A DNA stretch of 64,000 bases from an uncultured virus (IMG/VR IMGVR_UViG_3300025646_000023). Taxonomy: Duplodnaviria; Heunggongvirae; Uroviricota; Caudoviricetes. Shown piece by piece: positions 17,889 to 26,334 of this stretch. Positions within the stretch are counted from its first letter, which is position 1; each line of letters begins with the position of its first letter. The stretch is from IMG/VR virus record IMGVR_UViG_3300025646_000023; one strand, written 5' to 3'. Both the position numbers and the translations under genes were made by a program. The notes beneath the pieces were generated by a model, which saw only the letters and a program-made list of their open reading frames with translations, was not told where the DNA came from and made no database searches.

Positions 17889-18495
17889 AGAAGAGAATAA
17901 GGCGCTAACCGAAAACTTAGATCACATCTTTAATTGCAATACAAAAAACTATGAGGACAAAGTAAAAGAATTAAAAGAAGAAAACGTTAATCGCTATTGT
18001 CTATGGCATAAGAAAGGTCATCCAGGACACCACAACAACTTTGGTTTGATGGGTGAATGCAAGGACTGCATGGCAGAAATTGAGAAAGGGCGTTGCTCTG
18101 TTGACGTTTGTAACTTTGACATGGACATTTACTGGACAGTCCGTAACTTTTGGTTGAAGGTCGATGTCAAAGGTCCTGATGAATGCTGGAAATGGCTGGG
18201 AGGTACGAAGAAAAACGGACAAGAAACGGTTGCTTACATGCCAAGTCCCTTTCACTCCGCTAAAACACAGTCAGCTTCTCGCGTCGCATTCTGGTTAAGC
18301 CGTGGTTACACGGGTCGTTATCGCATCTTCCACCAGGAAGGCTGTGATATTACCTGCTGTAACCCCTTACATTTGCGTATAAAGGAGTTAACATTAACAT
18401 CTCAACCCACTGACATAGAGACAGTCAATCTGAGTTATGGCAACATCTTCGACCACGCAAAAGCCAACCTCGAAAAGAAGTCAAGTTATTTCTAG
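17881..18495 (+). CDS. HNH-family homing endonuclease-like protein
   Basis: FWLKVDVKGPDECWKWLG, ASRVAFWL, CDITCCNPLHL. Confidence 0.75.
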   Translation: MIEEENKALTENLDHIFNCNTKNYEDKVKELKEENVNRYCLWHKKGHPGHHNNFGLMGECKDCMAEIEKGRCSVDVCNFDMDIYWTVRNFWLKVDVKGPDECWKWLGGTKKNGQETVAYMPSPFHSAKTQSASRVAFWLSRGYTGRYRIFHQEGCDITCCNPLHLRIKELTLTSQPTDIETVNLSYGNIFDHAKANLEKKSSYF

Positions 18496-18754
18496 TAACC
18501 ACCACTTAACTACAAAAAGTTACGCTGGTTTTGTATTCATTGATGGCAAGAATCATACAACAGAATGGTTTGATACCATCGAAGAAGCAACGTTAGAACT
18601 ACGTTGTTTAGAGAAGAAACTGAATTATGAGTTGATTGAAACTATTGAGATGGAAGGTTTCTATCCAGAACGCGCTAAAATTATTGAAGAGCGTTACCAA
18701 GCCAGTGGCCGTACAAACGGTTTGTATACTGGTTTATGTTTAAAAGATGGCTAG
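18437..18754 (+). CDS. hypothetical protein
   Basis: ORF track. Confidence 0.5.
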   Translation: MATSSTTQKPTSKRSQVISSNHHLTTKSYAGFVFIDGKNHTTEWFDTIEEATLELRCLEKKLNYELIETIEMEGFYPERAKIIEERYQASGRTNGLYTGLCLKDG

Positions 18755-19430
18755 GTTTCTTACAACATTACCCGTTAACTTAGGTTTTGTAAATCTTGGT
18801 ACTGTCGAAGCTTATCCAACTGGGGGTAGTGGACCTACTGCATACGGTCCGACTTCCTACTACGGTAGCGATCCGTTGCCTCCGTACGTGGGAGATTCTG
18901 TTAATAACCCTCTTAATCTGGGCGATTTCACGCCTGTATACAAAGCGATAAGGATCTCAAATACACATGGTGGTTTGTCACGTCGTCAAACCACCTTTTA
19001 TTCTTTCAAATTAATCAAACGACGTTCAATCAAATTAACGCAGAATTTTAGCCAGTTTGCTACAACTCAAAAGACAAATCGTAATACACTGGTTGCATTT
19101 TATAAAGTAGAAGATGGTAACAATCGTCGTGAATTAGTTGTTAATGATGATGGATATGTAGTACCAGAAGCATCAGTTATTGATGGCGGAGATGGTGATC
19201 AGTTTCCAGAATTTAGACCTGACTACCCAACATTAATGTTGGATCCAGGTGAATATGTCTTCTTAATTACAAATGATATTCGTTATTTAGAAACAACTTA
19301 CTCTATTACCCTAGAAGGTTTTGTTACCGACTGGCGTTACGTTGCTGAAGATGTAGAAGACTCCTTAGAATTTGGTCTGCTAACTGAAGGTGTAGAGAGT
19401 ACGTTTGATTTTGGTACTCTTACAACTTGA
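18747..19430 (+). CDS. hypothetical beta-rich protein (PPC-like domain possible)
   Basis: FYSFKL...LDPGEYVFLI...YSITL pattern. Confidence 0.6.
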   Translation: MARFLTTLPVNLGFVNLGTVEAYPTGGSGPTAYGPTSYYGSDPLPPYVGDSVNNPLNLGDFTPVYKAIRISNTHGGLSRRQTTFYSFKLIKRRSIKLTQNFSQFATTQKTNRNTLVAFYKVEDGNNRRELVVNDDGYVVPEASVIDGGDGDQFPEFRPDYPTLMLDPGEYVFLITNDIRYLETTYSITLEGFVTDWRYVAEDVEDSLEFGLLTEGVESTFDFGTLTT

Positions 19431-19475
19431 CCAGAATCAGAAATCTGCTAAGGTATTGTTAATTGCACAGCTCTC

Positions 19476-19685
19476 ATGAAAACTGTAACCTACAAGGAAC
19501 TTGAGGAAAGGTTTGATGAGATCTTCGAGGATGTAGTTGAGAACCACATCCACTACAAAATAATAACAGAAAATAACAAAGCAGTTATGCTTATTCCCTA
19601 CCAAGAATATAGCGTTTTAATGGATACCTATACCCAGTGGGTAGAGCAGAAAGAAGAAATCTTATCAGAAGATAATCTATTCTAA
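19476..19685 (+). CDS. Phd/YefM-family antitoxin-like protein
   Basis: MKTVTYKELEERFDEIFEDV...IITENNKAVMLIPYQEY matches the Phd/YefM N-terminal pattern; own promoter TTGACC...TAAGGT. Confidence 0.7.
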   Translation: MKTVTYKELEERFDEIFEDVVENHIHYKIITENNKAVMLIPYQEYSVLMDTYTQWVEQKEEILSEDNLF

Positions 19686-20135
19686 TTATTTATTTAGCCG
19701 TACTCTGTTAATTGCATCAAGATACTTATCACGCGACATGCCAAAGATTGTATCTTCCTCTTCTTGCTGCCTCATCATCCTACGTTCTGCACGACGTTCC
19801 TTTTGTTTTTCAATTCGCCTTTTACCTAATTCTGCTTCAGCTGCAAAATACGGATTCCTTTCAGGATCAAACGCATAGGTAATATCAAATGGTGCTGGCG
19901 AACGAGTTGGATCAATCTTTTCGCCTTCAAAATTAAACGTACCAGTGTAAGGTTGATTTAACAAACCTGCAGTAGCTTGATCGCGCCGCGCTGCTTCATA
20001 ATCAGACCGTTGCTGCTGGATGCGGTTGGCTTCGCCATAGGCAGCAAGAACTGATAAAGGAGTATACTCTTTAAAAATCTGTGAAGGTGGGGTTTTGACT
20101 TCCTGAACTTGCGGCTGTTGACTGCCTTTAGCCAT
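19686..20135 (-). CDS. hypothetical protein
   Basis: ORF track. Confidence 0.6.
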   Translation of the reverse strand: MAKGSQQPQVQEVKTPPSQIFKEYTPLSVLAAYGEANRIQQQRSDYEAARRDQATAGLLNQPYTGTFNFEGEKIDPTRSPAPFDITYAFDPERNPYFAAEAELGKRRIEKQKERRAERRMMRQQEEEDTIFGMSRDKYLDAINRVRLNK

Positions 20136-20139
20136 CGCT

Positions 20140-20268
20140 CTACTTGAACTTAACCTCTATACTCACTCTATCTGAAACAAACCTATACAGGTGGGGGACC
20201 AGCTGGAAGCCGCCGATGGCCAACAAGGCAATCAAGATCAGCTCAGCGTAAGTAATGGGGCGACGCAT
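20140..20268 (-). CDS. small membrane peptide MRRPITYAELILIALLAIGG... (42 aa)
   Basis: Translated by hand; stop codon 4 nt before the next start codon. Confidence 0.5.
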   Translation of the reverse strand: MRRPITYAELILIALLAIGGFQLVPHLYRFVSDRVSIEVKFK

Positions 20269-20313
20269 TCGTGTAGTCCTTTTACAGAGGATTTTAAAGA
20301 CTTGCTCAAAGCA

Positions 20314-20529
20314 ATGTCAACTAAAACGATGTTATCACTAATGTCAACCCAACAGAAAAACTTCGCAAACTCTTTATGGGAAGCCTCTAACTTTGGAGGT
20401 AGGCCTAAACCAGGGGATTATAAAGAGCTGGAGCCAAAGCGTGACTACTACGAACTGGTTTTAATGATGGATCATCAACGCCAGTGGGAAGAGCGTATGC
20501 GCTATTGCAAACAAGCAAAAAATGGTTAG
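20314..20529 (+). CDS. hypothetical protein
   Basis: 3' part of ORF 20191-20529; start uncertain. Confidence 0.5.
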   Translation: MSTKTMLSLMSTQQKNFANSLWEASNFGGRPKPGDYKELEPKRDYYELVLMMDHQRQWEERMRYCKQAKNG

Positions 20530-20549
20530 GCTATAGAAAATAATCACTA

Positions 20550-21134
20550 TTGATGAGCTATCGTTTTACGGATCTAGACATTAGTTTAGTTACCGTTGAG
20601 AACTACCACGAGGTTTTAAAAGCTTCATTGGCAGCTCAAGTGCAACCGTTCATACCTCCTGAAGGTTCATTTGAAACCCTGGACCTTCAGCGTTATCTGG
20701 AACTTGTAAAGAGTTACGAGGTAACAAGTACAGATTTAATTCATGGATTGTCGCTAGCGGATCAGATTCGTATTACGTTTAGTGACATGAAAGCAGCCAC
20801 AATCTGTGAGAAGTTTCCCGATATTGACTTGGCAACAAAACGACGGTATCGTTGTGTAGCTGAATATTTAATTAGACAGGGTGAATTAACCAAGTTAAAA
20901 GATGAGAAAAATAAACTCATCAAAAAACTAGGCAACATGGGAAAGATGGTTGTCATTTACCAACCATTACCTAAGCTCTGTAAAACATTACACCAAACAG
21001 GTCTCGGACAATTTATTAAAGATGAGCAACAGGCGGCAAAGGTTAATCAACGGAATGCTCTCCAACGTGAAGACTGGTGGGGAGAAACAGATGACCCAAC
21101 TTGTGATCGAGAGGGTCTGTGCGGACATGTGTGA
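20550..21134 (+). CDS. hypothetical protein
   Basis: ORF track. Confidence 0.65.
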   Translation: MMSYRFTDLDISLVTVENYHEVLKASLAAQVQPFIPPEGSFETLDLQRYLELVKSYEVTSTDLIHGLSLADQIRITFSDMKAATICEKFPDIDLATKRRYRCVAEYLIRQGELTKLKDEKNKLIKKLGNMGKMVVIYQPLPKLCKTLHQTGLGQFIKDEQQAAKVNQRNALQREDWWGETDDPTCDREGLCGHV

Positions 21135-21429
21135 CTTCTATGAGAAGTTCTACGCAAATGAAGGTCCTGGCGCCATGGTTTATTTGCCACGGGTGGAAGA
21201 TCCCACTAACTCAATGTTCTATTTAACGGTTGCTGCCTTGATGGAAGCGCAATCTGATCTCAGGAATCGTGAAATGGAAGGACCTGCTGATGTAATGCAG
21301 AAAGCTATTGCCAGGGCAGAATCTATTAATCCAAAAACTGCAGGACTATTTATTATTCAAGATGAAAAAGAAATGTCCTTAGTTTGCTATCAACGTGATC
21401 AACCTTTGGCATTTAGTGATACTGAATAA
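21022..21429 (+). CDS. hypothetical protein (MSNRRQRL...)
   Basis: ORF track; internal ATG. Confidence 0.6.
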   Translation: MSNRRQRLINGMLSNVKTGGEKQMTQLVIERVCADMCDFYEKFYANEGPGAMVYLPRVEDPTNSMFYLTVAALMEAQSDLRNREMEGPADVMQKAIARAESINPKTAGLFIIQDEKEMSLVCYQRDQPLAFSDTE

Positions 21430-22055
21430 TGCATAAACAAGGTGGTGCACGTGCACGCAATTATCACACTCTCTATAGAATTTATCGACTAGAAGATGAT
21501 TGGTGCACCCCTGTTTCTTACCTACCTCTTATTTATCACACGTTAGATTATATTGATTTAGATCCAGGTTCTACAGAAAAAGTAAACCAAGAGTTTATTC
21601 AAGCAGAAAAAATCTTTTCTAAAAAAGATGATGCTTTAAATAAACAAGAGCCATGGAGTGGGAATGTTTATTGTTTCCCTCCAACGTATGGTCGCTGCTC
21701 ATTTAATAAGCAGCGTGGATCCTGGCGCTGGTCCACACGTGGTGGATTCGGTGGTATGTCTCCAGCGGTAGCTTGGTTCCGGCGCCTGGAGAAAGATTGG
21801 AAGATGGGTTTTGTTAACTCTGCATTGTTTTTTACAACAGCACATGAAACACTGCGGAAGCAACAAAGCATCTGGGATTATCCAATCTGTATACCAAAAG
21901 AACGACCTAAGTTACTACATGGCCGTAACTTTTACCAGCTGGATAATCCCTTGAAGTGGGGATTCTTTGTATTCCTTCCGCCTAAAGAACTAGGTTTTAC
22001 CAGGCTTGATAAATTTGAAGAAGCTTTTTCAACGATTGGCCGAGTTATCCTTTGA
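21429..22055 (+). CDS. phage N6-adenine DNA methyltransferase-like protein with atypical motif IV
   Basis: DDWCTP, IDLDPGS, DDAL..W.G.V motifs; FPPTY where NPPY is expected. Confidence 0.65.
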   Translation: MHKQGGARARNYHTLYRIYRLEDDWCTPVSYLPLIYHTLDYIDLDPGSTEKVNQEFIQAEKIFSKKDDALNKQEPWSGNVYCFPPTYGRCSFNKQRGSWRWSTRGGFGGMSPAVAWFRRLEKDWKMGFVNSALFFTTAHETLRKQQSIWDYPICIPKERPKLLHGRNFYQLDNPLKWGFFVFLPPKELGFTRLDKFEEAFSTIGRVIL

Positions 22056-22062
22056 TGTTAAA

Positions 22063-22353
22063 TTATCGAGCCCTAAAAGTATTACGGAAAGAAGCAGACC
22101 CGTCAGTATTGCCGACACTGGAAGAACCGCGTGGCTCAAAAGGTAATGCACCGACGGGGACAGTGCCAGTAAGTGCGGGGAAAATAAACCGGTCATCCTC
22201 AGCACGTTCACTTGTTATAGGCAGTTTAGAGTTATTTTTTCGCGTCTGGATATATTCATTAAGAAAGCTCAGCGCAGAATCGTTGTCTGCAACATCACGT
22301 GCTTGGGAGTACCGGTTATCAACCCGGTAAGATTGACTCTTTGCAAATGCCAT
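22063..22353 (-). CDS. hypothetical protein (FLxxY motif)
   Basis: ORF track. Confidence 0.6.
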   Translation of the reverse strand: MAFAKSQSYRVDNRYSQARDVADNDSALSFLNEYIQTRKNNSKLPITSERAEDDRFIFPALTGTVPVGALPFEPRGSSSVGNTDGSASFRNTFRAR

Positions 22354-22382
22354 ACTAATATTCTTGCAGAACTAAACACTCC

Positions 22383-22604
22383 ATGGAAGACGACAAAGTA
22401 AATCATCCTTCGCACTATACGTTCGGTCCAATAGAGTGCATTGACGCTATCGACTCCTCTTCAACAACAGAGGCATATCGTGGTTATTTAAAGGGATGCA
22501 TCATGAAATATATCTGGCGATACGAAGCAAAAGAGAATCCAATTCAAGATCTACGCAAGGCAAACTGGTATTTAAACCGGTTAATTAATACTTATGGAAC
22601 CTAA
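22383..22604 (+). CDS. DUF3310 / SaV-like (T7 gp1.7-like nucleotide kinase family) protein
   Basis: VNHPSHY..G.IECIDAI, KYIWR, QDLRKANWYL. Confidence 0.85.
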   Translation: MEDDKVNHPSHYTFGPIECIDAIDSSSTTEAYRGYLKGCIMKYIWRYEAKENPIQDLRKANWYLNRLINTYGT

Positions 22605-23341
22605 TTATCCAGTGATTGATCTAACTCCAGAGGAATTAAACTACTTGCAAATCTTAGAGCTTCAAGCTGCTCTAGATCATCTTGAGAATAAAGTGAACGA
22701 GATCCAGTTGACTTTGGACGTTGATTCCAGAGCCTAAAAAACTCATCAATAATTTCATGTTTAGGATCAAGCCTAAGCAAGTGTTCTTCTAAAAATTCAA
22801 TAGCTTTAACTTGAGTTGGAGAACCATTAAAGTTCTCTGCAATATTAAGCAGACACTTTGGTAACTTACAGTTGTGCTTCACCAGTAGGGGCACATCTGT
22901 ATCTGGTTGTAAATAAACATCTAATTCACTGCGTCTACGCTCTAGTAAGCGTTGATTACGTAGACATTCTTTATTGATATAAGGAGACCATTCTTTTATA
23001 ATCTCTTCTCGATTTGCACCACTATTAATTAACTGGAGTAACCTGCAGTCTTTAAACTTAGTGATGCCAATACTGTAGGCATAACTTAAAATTGCACCTT
23101 TCTTCTTTTCATTTAAAGGCATAAAGATAAGGTCCTGCAGGATAAAAACAAACTCCTCCAGGTCTTTCTCCAGCTGGATTTCAATCTGTTTACGTGTGCA
23201 ACGCAAGAAGGGCGTGACAGCACTGCGCCCTATTCGCTTACTACCGTAACCAATCATCCACGGACCGTCTTCCTTGGCCCGATATGGAGAGTACTGCTCC
23301 ATGCCAGTGTGGATCCGACAGGGTGTGTACCGCCGGATCAA
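22601..23341 (-). CDS. lysozyme (GH24)-like protein, probably catalytically degenerate; start may be ~30 nt upstream
   Basis: WMIGYG, AILSYAYSIG, LLERRRSE lysozyme motifs; no EG catalytic motif. Confidence 0.65.
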   Translation of the reverse strand: MIRRYTPCRIHTGMEQYSPYRAKEDGPWMIGYGSKRIGRSAVTPFLRCTRKQIEIQLEKDLEEFVFILQDLIFMPLNEKKKGAILSYAYSIGITKFKDCRLLQLINSGANREEIIKEWSPYINKECLRNQRLLERRRSELDVYLQPDTDVPLLVKHNCKLPKCLLNIAENFNGSPTQVKAIEFLEEHLLRLDPKHEIIDEFFRLWNQRPKSTGSRSLYSQDDLEQLEALRFASSLIPLELDQSLDN

Positions 23342-23376
23342 CTGGAGGCTGTACTCATTGATATAAGACAGAAGTC

Positions 23377-23766
23377 TTACGGAACAACAACAGAACCGTT
23401 ATAGCTGATTTCGCTGTAGGCGTCAGGTGTGGTCAGGATCACCACGTAGTTTTTGCTGGCATCTGTTACGTTAACTGCAACAACACCTTTGCTCTTACCA
23501 GCTTTAGCAATGTTGAAGAACTTCTGATAGCCGGTTGGAGGGTTGCCTGCCGTGAAGTCGTCTTCTTGGAAGATCTGGATGGTGTCAACACCAACACTGC
23601 TATCAACTTTAACAATCAAGTCGCCAGTGCTAGCGGGGTTAACAAGGAAAGCACGTTGGCAAAGGTCGCCACTCGCATCATTAGGAAGACCATCGCCTTT
23701 GTAGGTGATTTCAGAACCAGAAGCGGTAAAGGTATCGTCAGTACCTTGGAATGTAAGGGTAGGCAT
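23377..23766 (-). CDS. hypothetical beta-rich structural protein
   Basis: ORF track. Confidence 0.6.
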   Translation of the reverse strand: MPTLTFQGTDDTFTASGSEITYKGDGLPNDASGDLCQRAFLVNPASTGDLIVKVDSSVGVDTIQIFQEDDFTAGNPPTGYQKFFNIAKAGKSKGVVAVNVTDASKNYVVILTTPDAYSEISYNGSVVVP

Positions 23767-23768
23767 TA

Positions 23769-23990
23769 TCAGTTGACTTGGTTGTGAGTTTGAAATTGAA
23801 AGCTAATGTCGGCATCAATACCATGTTCTTTCAAGATGCTTAAGAACATTTGCCGATCCATCATCTTCATGTGAAGCATGTCAACAAACGCTTCTTCTAA
23901 TTCATCTCGATCTAGGTCTTTGATTGCCAGGGCTGCTGCATGAATTGCGAATTCGCTATCAATTGGCAGATCTAGGGCATTGGCATCCAT
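23769..23990 (-). CDS. nblA: NblA-like phycobilisome degradation protein
   Basis: LDLPIDSEFAI...IKDLDRDELEEAFVDML..KMMDRQMFLSILK aligns with the NblA two-helix consensus. Confidence 0.7.
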   Translation of the reverse strand: MDANALDLPIDSEFAIHAAALAIKDLDRDELEEAFVDMLHMKMMDRQMFLSILKEHGIDADISFQFQTHNQVN

Positions 23991-24046
23991 TGAAAATTTA
24001 CCAATCCGTCTCTACATCCTAACAGTTGTGCAATTTTTTGCTACCA

Positions 24047-24214
24047 TCAGATTGTAGTTGTATTTCGTAACGGTATATACCTCTGATCAACGGCAAAGGA
24101 AGGGGTCCCCATGTAGCCGAGGTCTTCATCAGAGCCTTCAACCATTGGCGGTAAGGCCATGGTAACAAGCGTTTTGTAACGCTCAAGCAGCTGTTCCGGA
24201 GTAGGGTTCATCAT
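24047..24214 (-). CDS. small hypothetical protein (MMNPTPEQLLERYK...)
   Basis: Translated by hand; ATGA overlap with the upstream stop. Confidence 0.5.
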   Translation of the reverse strand: MMNPTPEQLLERYKTLVTMALPPMVEGSDEDLGYMGTPSFAVDQRYIPLRNTTTI

Positions 24215-24552
24215 GCTGCAGCAACTTGGAAGCTCACAGTGGCATCAGTACCGCCAGACTCTGTAATAAAAACAGGACGAATCCACTTTACTGGACGCCC
24301 AGTTACTGAAAATACAGAAGCGCCATTTGCTGCAACTCGCTGGCTAGCAATGATAGGAACAAAGTTAGTACCATCAATACTACCATCTAACGAAACATCT
24401 ACATGGCTATTAACATTAGCAACGATAACAATCAAAGTATAACTTTGAGTTGAGAAAGTATTATTAACAGCAACTTGTAATAAATTACCGTTGCCAGGTG
24501 CTGTTAATGTTGGGCTGATATCAAAAATTGTATCTTGAAAGTAAGTAACCAT
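24211..24552 (-). CDS. hypothetical structural protein
   Basis: ORF track; beta-rich, GSIDGTNF motif. Confidence 0.6.
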   Translation of the reverse strand: MVTYFQDTIFDISPTLTAPGNGNLLQVAVNNTFSTQSYTLIVIVANVNSHVDVSLDGSIDGTNFVPIIASQRVAANGASVFSVTGRPVKWIRPVFITESGGTDATVSFQVAAA

Positions 24553-24556
24553 GGTG

Positions 24557-25027
24557 TCAGCCTAAGTTAGATTTTAAAAGCCACTGGAATTTTTTATGAG
24601 CGCGGCCACGCTCTACAGCTAAGTCTAAGGTCAACTGATCTTTTAAAACTTCAGCTTCTTCTGCAAGTTGGTTAAATGATTCTGCCAAACCATTATGGTT
24701 AATAGCAAGTGCACGAATCATCCCATCCTGATCAAAGCAGCTCTCAGGAATGGGAGGCATGGGCGAACTATTGAGATCCTCAACGCTAAGCGGTGTGCTG
24801 ATATCAAGAGAGCGCAGGTGTTCTGCAATAGTATCTAAACCCTCTTGCATTTCTTCATAAATCTCTTGCGTTAATTTATGAATGGAATAAAACTTACTGC
24901 CCATCAGATTCCAGTGGACAATATAAGTTTGATTCAACAGATGTGATGTATCCCGCAGAAGCTGGACAAGATGGCAGTAACAAACTGCCTTGGGTTCCAT
25001 TTTTGCTTTAGCCATTGGTTTTACCAC
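24557..25027 (-). CDS. dps: Dps family ferritin-like protein
   Basis: HWNLMG..FYSIH...YEE....LDTIAE ferroxidase motifs; HKKFQWLL. Confidence 0.88.
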   Translation of the reverse strand: MVKPMAKAKMEPKAVCYCHLVQLLRDTSHLLNQTYIVHWNLMGSKFYSIHKLTQEIYEEMQEGLDTIAEHLRSLDISTPLSVEDLNSSPMPPIPESCFDQDGMIRALAINHNGLAESFNQLAEEAEVLKDQLTLDLAVERGRAHKKFQWLLKSNLG

Positions 25028-25308
25028 TTAACTTTGTGGCTCCAGTAACGAGCCGACATCTTATCTGGGTTGGGATCTTGTGCGTTATGTCTAGCATAAT
25101 ATGATTTCTTTCTTGCTTTATCTTTGGCAGTCTTAGGATTTCTACCTGCTCCTTGTACTCCCTGCTGACCAAAGCGGATAATCTTTTCTTTACCGCCTTC
25201 ACATGCTTTAACCACGTGTGATTTGGTCGGGTGGTTAGGAGTACGCTGTGGTTTGTTGCAAGCCATTCGATCCTTAGCTAGCTTTTGTGCTTTAGCTCGA
25301 TCTGCCAT
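25021..25308 (-). CDS. basic hypothetical protein
   Basis: KSHVVKAC..GKEKIIRFGQQG...SYYARH...SARYWS. Confidence 0.7.
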   Translation of the reverse strand: MADRAKAQKLAKDRMACNKPQRTPNHPTKSHVVKACEGGKEKIIRFGQQGVQGAGRNPKTAKDKARKKSYYARHNAQDPNPDKMSARYWSHKVKW

Positions 25309-25312
25309 GGCA

Positions 25313-25525
25313 TTAACCGTAATAATTGCGATATCTTTCTTTGCTGGTAATCTCCATACTTGGGATACCTACACCAATAATTTTGCGGTACTCAGGAATA
25401 CGTTCTGTTTTTAATTCAGCAATAACAGCATCTGGATCAGGAGGCGGCATTAAACCCTTCTGTTGCATGAAGTCTTTCAAAAAGACTTCTGGCGTTGGTT
25501 CTGCTTCGTCCCCTGGATACATCAT
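25313..25525 (-). CDS. hypothetical protein (FLxxF motif)
   Basis: ORF track. Confidence 0.55.
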   Translation of the reverse strand: MMYPGDEAEPTPEVFLKDFMQQKGLMPPPDPDAVIAELKTERIPEYRKIIGVGIPSMEITSKERYRNYYG

Positions 25526-25899
25526 GCTGTTACAACAGAATCAATAAAACTAAATAAAGATACAGTCTGTGGTTTTTGATTAAGCCACTCTTTAATTTTA
25601 CTTGCTCTCTCCTCAGAATAAAAAGAATGCTTGCTAGTAAACCAGTTAAATGGTAGCTCAGATGCTTTTGATTTATTACAAGAGGTGCAGCAGCAAACAA
25701 GGTTATTGCGTGTGCTGTGACCTCCTTTATGTTTAGGGATTACGTGGTCAATGGTTGCAGTGCGATCACAAAGTTGCTTTTCACAGTAAGCACATTTGTA
25801 ATGCCAGGCTTCAAATATAGATTCTCTGAATTTCTTGCGTGCACATTTAGGACTAAGAACAATTAAGTTAGCTAGTAAATCGTTCTCACTATGGAACAT
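25522..25899 (-). CDS. HNH endonuclease
   Basis: CAYC...TIDHVIPKHKGG...NLVCCCTSCNKSK. Confidence 0.9.
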   Translation of the reverse strand: MFHSENDLLANLIVLSPKCARKKFRESIFEAWHYKCAYCEKQLCDRTATIDHVIPKHKGGHSTRNNLVCCCTSCNKSKASELPFNWFTSKHSFYSEERASKIKEWLNQKPQTVSLFSFIDSVVTA

Positions 25900-25969
25900 G
25901 TTTGTTCATAATTCCTAACATCAAATTAGGGCACACAAACCTGTACTATCCGCTAAACTATGTTCGTTA

Positions 25970-26052
25970 GGGAGTGTGGCGGAATTGGTCTACGCTGCGG
26001 ATTTAAAATCCGCTGGTCTTTGACCTTGTGGGTTCGAGTCCCACCGCTCCTA
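25970..26052 (+). tRNA. trnL: tRNA-Leu (anticodon TAA)
   Basis: Cloverleaf: anticodon arm gcgga-tttaaaa-tccgc, long variable arm, GGTTCGAGTCC T-arm; CCA not encoded. Confidence 0.9.
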
Positions 26053-26055
26053 TCT

Positions 26056-26130
26056 CGGGATGTAGCTCAGTTTGGTCAGAGTGCTGCGTTTGGGACGCAG
26101 ATGCCGCAGGTTCAAATCCTGTCATCCCGA
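26056..26130 (+). tRNA. trnP: tRNA-Pro (anticodon TGG)
   Basis: cgggatg/catcccg acceptor stem, ctgcg-tttggga-cgcag anticodon arm, GGTTCAAATCC T-arm. Confidence 0.92.
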
Positions 26131-26334
26131 TTCTTCATCTGCAGGGTCATACTCTGCATCTTCTAATAGTTTCAAAATGAAGTGGTGGATTCGATCCGTC
26201 ACCCACCGTAGATCTTCATCAGAAATATCACAGATAATTGCGTCCAAACGGAGTTCACGCGAGGGTTCTCGAACATGATCTGCAATTAACTCCAGTGCTC
26301 GATAACGACCTGGCGTGAACTCTCCCAACATCAA
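26122..26334 (-). CDS. hypothetical protein
   Basis: ORF track; stop lies antisense within the tRNA-Pro 3' end. Confidence 0.6.
   Translation of the reverse strand: MMLGEFTPGRYRALELIADHVREPSRELRLDAIICDISDEDLRWVTDRIHHFILKLLEDAEYDPADEESG

Noticed and set aside
25970..26130. tRNAs as a prophage attachment site
   Set aside because: Phage genes lie on both sides, no integrase is seen, and I found no duplicated tRNA 3' end
25960..26278. ORFs 25960-26166 and 26072-26278
   Set aside because: They overlap the two tRNA genes and are spurious
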